DNA of 64,000 bases from Mytilus trossulus. Lineage: Eukaryota. The notes under the pieces were generated by a model. The model searched no databases. It was not told the origin of the DNA and saw only the letters and a program-made list of their open reading frames with translations. Position numbers and translations under genes: made by a program. The stretch is taken from the NCBI RefSeq assembly GCF_036588685.1, contig NC_086376.1:95335630-95399629 (forward strand), in the 5' to 3' direction. Of this stretch, positions 62,401 through 64,000 are shown one piece after another. How positions within the stretch are numbered: position 1 is the stretch's first letter; every line of letters begins with the position of its first letter.

Positions 62401-64000
62401 TTCGATTTTATCAAGACGATTTTTATATCAACAGACAATTCCGACACACATAGAGATCAAAATACCATTATCGATTTAATCAAGACGATGTTTATATCAA
62501 CAGGAAATTCCCACACACATAGGGATCAAAATAACATTATCGATTATATCAAGACGATGTTTATATCAACAGACAAAGTCCACATACATGGAGATCAAGT
62601 TAATATTATCGATTGTATCAAGGCGATTTTTATATCAACAGACAATGTCTATATACATAAAGATCAAGATAGCAGTATCGATAGTATCAAGCAATTTTTA
62701 TGTCAAAAGACAGTTTTAACATACATGGACATCAAGATAATATTATCGATTGTATCAAGGCGATTTAAATGTCAGCAGACAATTCCCTTATACATAGAAA
62801 TCAAGATAACTTTTTCGATTTTATCAAGACGATTTTTATATCAACAGACAATTCCGACACACATAGAGATCAAAATACCATTATCGATTTAATCAAGACG
62901 ATGTTTATATCAATAGGAAATTCCCACACACATAGGGATCAAAATAACATTATCGATTATATCAAGACGATGTTTATATCAACAGACAAAGTCCACATAC
63001 ATGGAGATCAAGATAACATTATCGATTCTATCAATACGATTTTTATATCAACAGACAATGTCCACACACATAGAGATTACGATAACATTATCGATTTCAT
63101 CAAGGCGACATTTATATCAACAGACAATGTCCACATACATATAGATCAAGATAATATCATCGATTGTATCAAGGCGATTTTTATGTCAAAAGACAATTCG
63201 CACACACACACAGAGACATCACGATAACATTATCGATTTTATCAAGGCGGTGTTTATATCAACAGGAGATTCCTACACACATAGAGATCAAAATAACATT
63301 ATCGATTATATCAAGACGATGTTTATATCAACAGACAAAATTCACACACAGAGACATCAAGATAATATTATCGATTGTATCAAGGCGATTTTTATGTCAA
63401 AAGGCGATTCCCACATACATAGAGATCAAGTTAATATTATCGATTGTATCAAGGCGATTTTTATATCAACAGACAATGTCTATATACATAAAGATCAAGA
63501 TAGCAGTATCGATAGTATCAAGACGATTTTTATGTCCAAAGACAGTTTCAACATACATGGACATCAAGATAATATTATCGATTGTATCAAGGCGATTTAA
63601 ATGTCAGCAGACAATTCCCTTATACATAGAGATCAAGATAACATTTTCGATTTTATCAAGACGATTTTTATATCAACAGACAATTCCGACACACATAGAG
63701 ATCCAAATACCATTATCGATTTAATCAAGACGATGTTTATATCAATAGGAAATTCCCACACACATAGGGATCAAAATAACATTATCGATTATATCAAGAC
63801 GATGTTTATATCAACAGACAAAGTCCACATACATGGAGATCAAGATAACATTATCGATTGTATCAATACGATTTTTATATCAACAGGCAATGTCCACACA
63901 CATAGAGATTACGATAACATTATCGATTTCATTAAGGCGACTTTTATATCAACAGACAATGTCCACATACATATAGATCAAGATAATATCATCGATTGTA
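56490..64000. repeat. 69-bp satellite array (about 109 monomers, continues past the window end) with higher-order structure
   Basis: attatcgatt at 56681, 56750... (period 69). Consensus tttatatcaacagacaattcccacacacatagagatcaagataacattatcgattttatcaagacgat. An ATCGAT palindrome is present in most monomers. Confidence 0.97.

Noticed and set aside
56570-63724. Long His/Asp/Ile-rich ORFs (up to 456 aa) as protein-coding genes
   Set aside because: They are translations of a 69-bp satellite. Recurrent stops and 1-4 nt indels are propagated through the HOR, and there is no unique N- or C-terminus.

Overview
AT-rich eukaryotic genomic DNA with GT-AG introns. The repeat families and gene content look like a bivalve mollusc, probably Mytilus-like (inference). 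Positions 4.8-38.2 kb hold three complete, tandem, minus-strand paralogues of a divergent alpha9/alpha10-like nicotinic acetylcholine receptor (Cys-loop) subunit. They share a near-identical exon skeleton (134/45/110/536/194-200 nt plus terminal exon). All three carry a Glu at M2 4', a polar SGGSSxWQ stretch in M3, an extra extracellular Cys pair and a very short M3-M4 loop. They differ in loop C and in a small extra N-terminal exon. A young, 5'-truncated LINE lies in sense orientation 20 nt from a splice acceptor of the third paralogue. Positions 40-47 kb hold an 86-bp composite minisatellite and a foldback structure: two inverted TIR elements plus a tandemly amplified terminus. Positions 47.8-55.6 kb hold a plus-strand gene that I assembled by hand: type II TM anchor, DSGDED site, Ser/Thr mucin stalk, two Ig-like domains and a CBM14-like chitin-binding domain. 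This resembles a membrane-tethered VCBP architecture, with a possible secreted isoform. From 56.5 kb to the window end is a 69-bp satellite with higher-order structure. Many MITE, Helentron-like, Penelope-like and hairpin repeats are dispersed throughout. All gene models come from reading splice sites and frames by eye; no searches were run.
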